The translations under genes and the position numbers were made by a program. Below are positions 63,127 to 64,000 of a stretch of 64,000 nucleotides of DNA, piece after piece. Each line of letters begins with the position of its first letter. The stretch's first letter is position 1. The stretch lies in assembly GCA_052386675.1 (NCBI GenBank), contig JBQTJX010000019.1:81498-145497 (forward strand), read 5' to 3'. Origin of the DNA: Betaproteobacteria bacterium (GTDB lineage Bacteria > Pseudomonadota > Gammaproteobacteria > Burkholderiales > SG8-39). The notes beneath the pieces are model-generated. The model did no database searches, was not told the origin of the DNA, and was given only the letters and a program-made list of their open reading frames with translations.

Positions 63127-63483
63127 ATGAGCAAACTCAGTCCCATCACCCCCGGAGAACTCCTGGCGGAGGAGTTCCTCAAGCCCATGGGCATCTCCCA
63201 ATACCGTCTGGCCAAGGAGGTCGGCGTTCCGGCCCAGCGTGTCGGCGATATCGTTTCCGGCAGGCGCTCCATCACGGCGGACACCGATCTTCGCCTGTGC
63301 CGTTTCTTCGGCCTCTCCAATGGCTATTGGCTGAGGGCTCAGGCAGCGTATGACACGGAGGTTGCCGAACGGACACTCGGCCCCAAGCTTCGCCGGATCA
63401 GGCCCTGGGCGGAGTTCGTGGCCCAACCATTGGTTGCCGCCGACGGGCCTGCCCCCGCTTCACGTAGGCAGGCCCGCGGCTGA
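63127..63483 (+). CDS. higA: type II antitoxin HigA (XRE-family HTH)
   Basis: 118 aa with ITPGELLAEEFLKPMGISQYRLAKEVGVPAQRVGDIVSGRRSITADTDLRLCRFFG. Confidence 0.85.
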   Translation: MSKLSPITPGELLAEEFLKPMGISQYRLAKEVGVPAQRVGDIVSGRRSITADTDLRLCRFFGLSNGYWLRAQAAYDTEVAERTLGPKLRRIRPWAEFVAQPLVAADGPAPASRRQARG

Positions 63484-63718
63484 ATCGGAATCGTCGTGGG
63501 CAAGATCCAGCGTTGGATCGACGAGCTCGGGAGGCTATAGGATGGATATCGTTGTTGGCATCGTAATGCTGGCCGTCCCGCTTCTGTTCGTCGGCATCGC
63601 GCTTCATGCCGCGTACCACAAGTAGCGCCCTCAGACTGGACGCCGGCTCCGGGTATTGCCGTAATGCAATACATGAAAGCGGTCTTGCTGGCGCGAGCGA
63701 AGGAAATTGGAGCGCAAG

Positions 63719-64000
63719 ATGAAGGCGATCATTGAAGTTGCAAAGCGCGGCTCAGCGGCGCGTGCGGTGAAGGAACAACTTGCCGCATCGCGAAGAGGCC
63801 GGGCACCAGATTTCCGCCTCAGCTTCGAGTCTGCTCGCGCATTGTTTGCTGACCTGACGCCAGCCAGAGTCGACCTACTGGACACATTGCGTCGAGTTGG
63901 TCCTTGCAGCGTCAAGGCTTCGGCCAAGGCAGCGGATCGCAACTACTCGAATGTGCATTCTGATGTAGCGCGCCTGGAGGAGCTGGGGCTCATCGAGAGA
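63719..64000 (+). CDS. winged-helix/MarR-like putative antitoxin or regulator, 5' part (runs off the window)
   Basis: Open frame to the window end (MKAIIEVAKRG...FESARALFADLTPARVDLLDTLRRVGPCSV...NVHSDVARLEELGLIER). GGAG lies 6 nt upstream of the ATG. Confidence 0.5.
   Translation, partial: MKAIIEVAKRGSAARAVKEQLAASRRGRAPDFRLSFESARALFADLTPARVDLLDTLRRVGPCSVKASAKAADRNYSNVHSDVARLEELGLIER

Noticed and set aside
1-64000. Whole-window look for rRNA, tRNA, tmRNA, IS elements or transposases, integrases, phage structural genes, cas genes and reverse transcriptases.
   Set aside because: None was recognised by eye. Intergenic spaces are mostly under 100 bp, and the two long ones (62593-62836 and 63484-63718) show repeats but no cloverleaf-like structure. 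A covariance-model scan (tRNAscan or Infernal) would be needed to exclude small RNAs.

Overview
This is a densely coding, high-GC bacterial chromosomal segment with about 75 genes, many joined by 1-4 nt start/stop overlaps. The gene content (several Bug/TctC-type binding proteins, the box benzoyl-CoA pathway, a BolA-YciB-PpiC block) suggests a betaproteobacterium of the Burkholderiales/Rhodocyclales type; that is an inference. Content from left to right: (1) The end of the isc operon (hscA-fdx-iscX). (2) A Dpp/Opp-type peptide ABC importer chained to a methyltransferase and two amidohydrolase-type enzymes. (3) hflX, msrA and housekeeping genes. (4) An aromatic-acid block at 16.2-33.2 kb. It holds boxR-boxC-boxB without boxA, an in-frame flavodoxin::aryl-CoA ligase fusion, an ACMSD-type amidohydrolase, a two-component pair and an HcrCAB-like 4-hydroxybenzoyl-CoA reductase. 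(5) A roughly 3.5 kb visibly AT-richer islet at 33.2-36.8 kb, bracketed by two copies of a 20-bp palindrome. It carries toxin-antitoxin-like genes, an orphan binding protein and two unassigned proteins. (6) dinB, a kef-FAD monooxygenase-sirtuin chain, a Bug protein, an FkbM methyltransferase, a fatty-acid hydroxylase and a gentisate-dioxygenase-like cupin. (7) A Liv-type ABC importer. (8) A GS-like ligase plus Rieske oxygenase pair. (9) A translationally coupled pdxH-kinase-divergent enolase-2-hydroxyacid dehydrogenase operon. (10) A second accessory junction at 62.6 kb with the same palindrome, tandem 22-bp palindromic units, higBA and a partial HTH gene. I saw no rRNA, tRNA, CRISPR array, IS element, integrase or transposase. 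The best candidates for something new are the flavodoxin::CoA-ligase fusion in a boxA-less box cluster, the ATGTAACCGATCGGTTACAT palindrome family marking core/accessory boundaries, and the kinase/enolase-like/dehydrogenase operon whose enolase has substituted catalytic positions. All family assignments come from reading the translations and comparing them with remembered family signatures. No searches were run.
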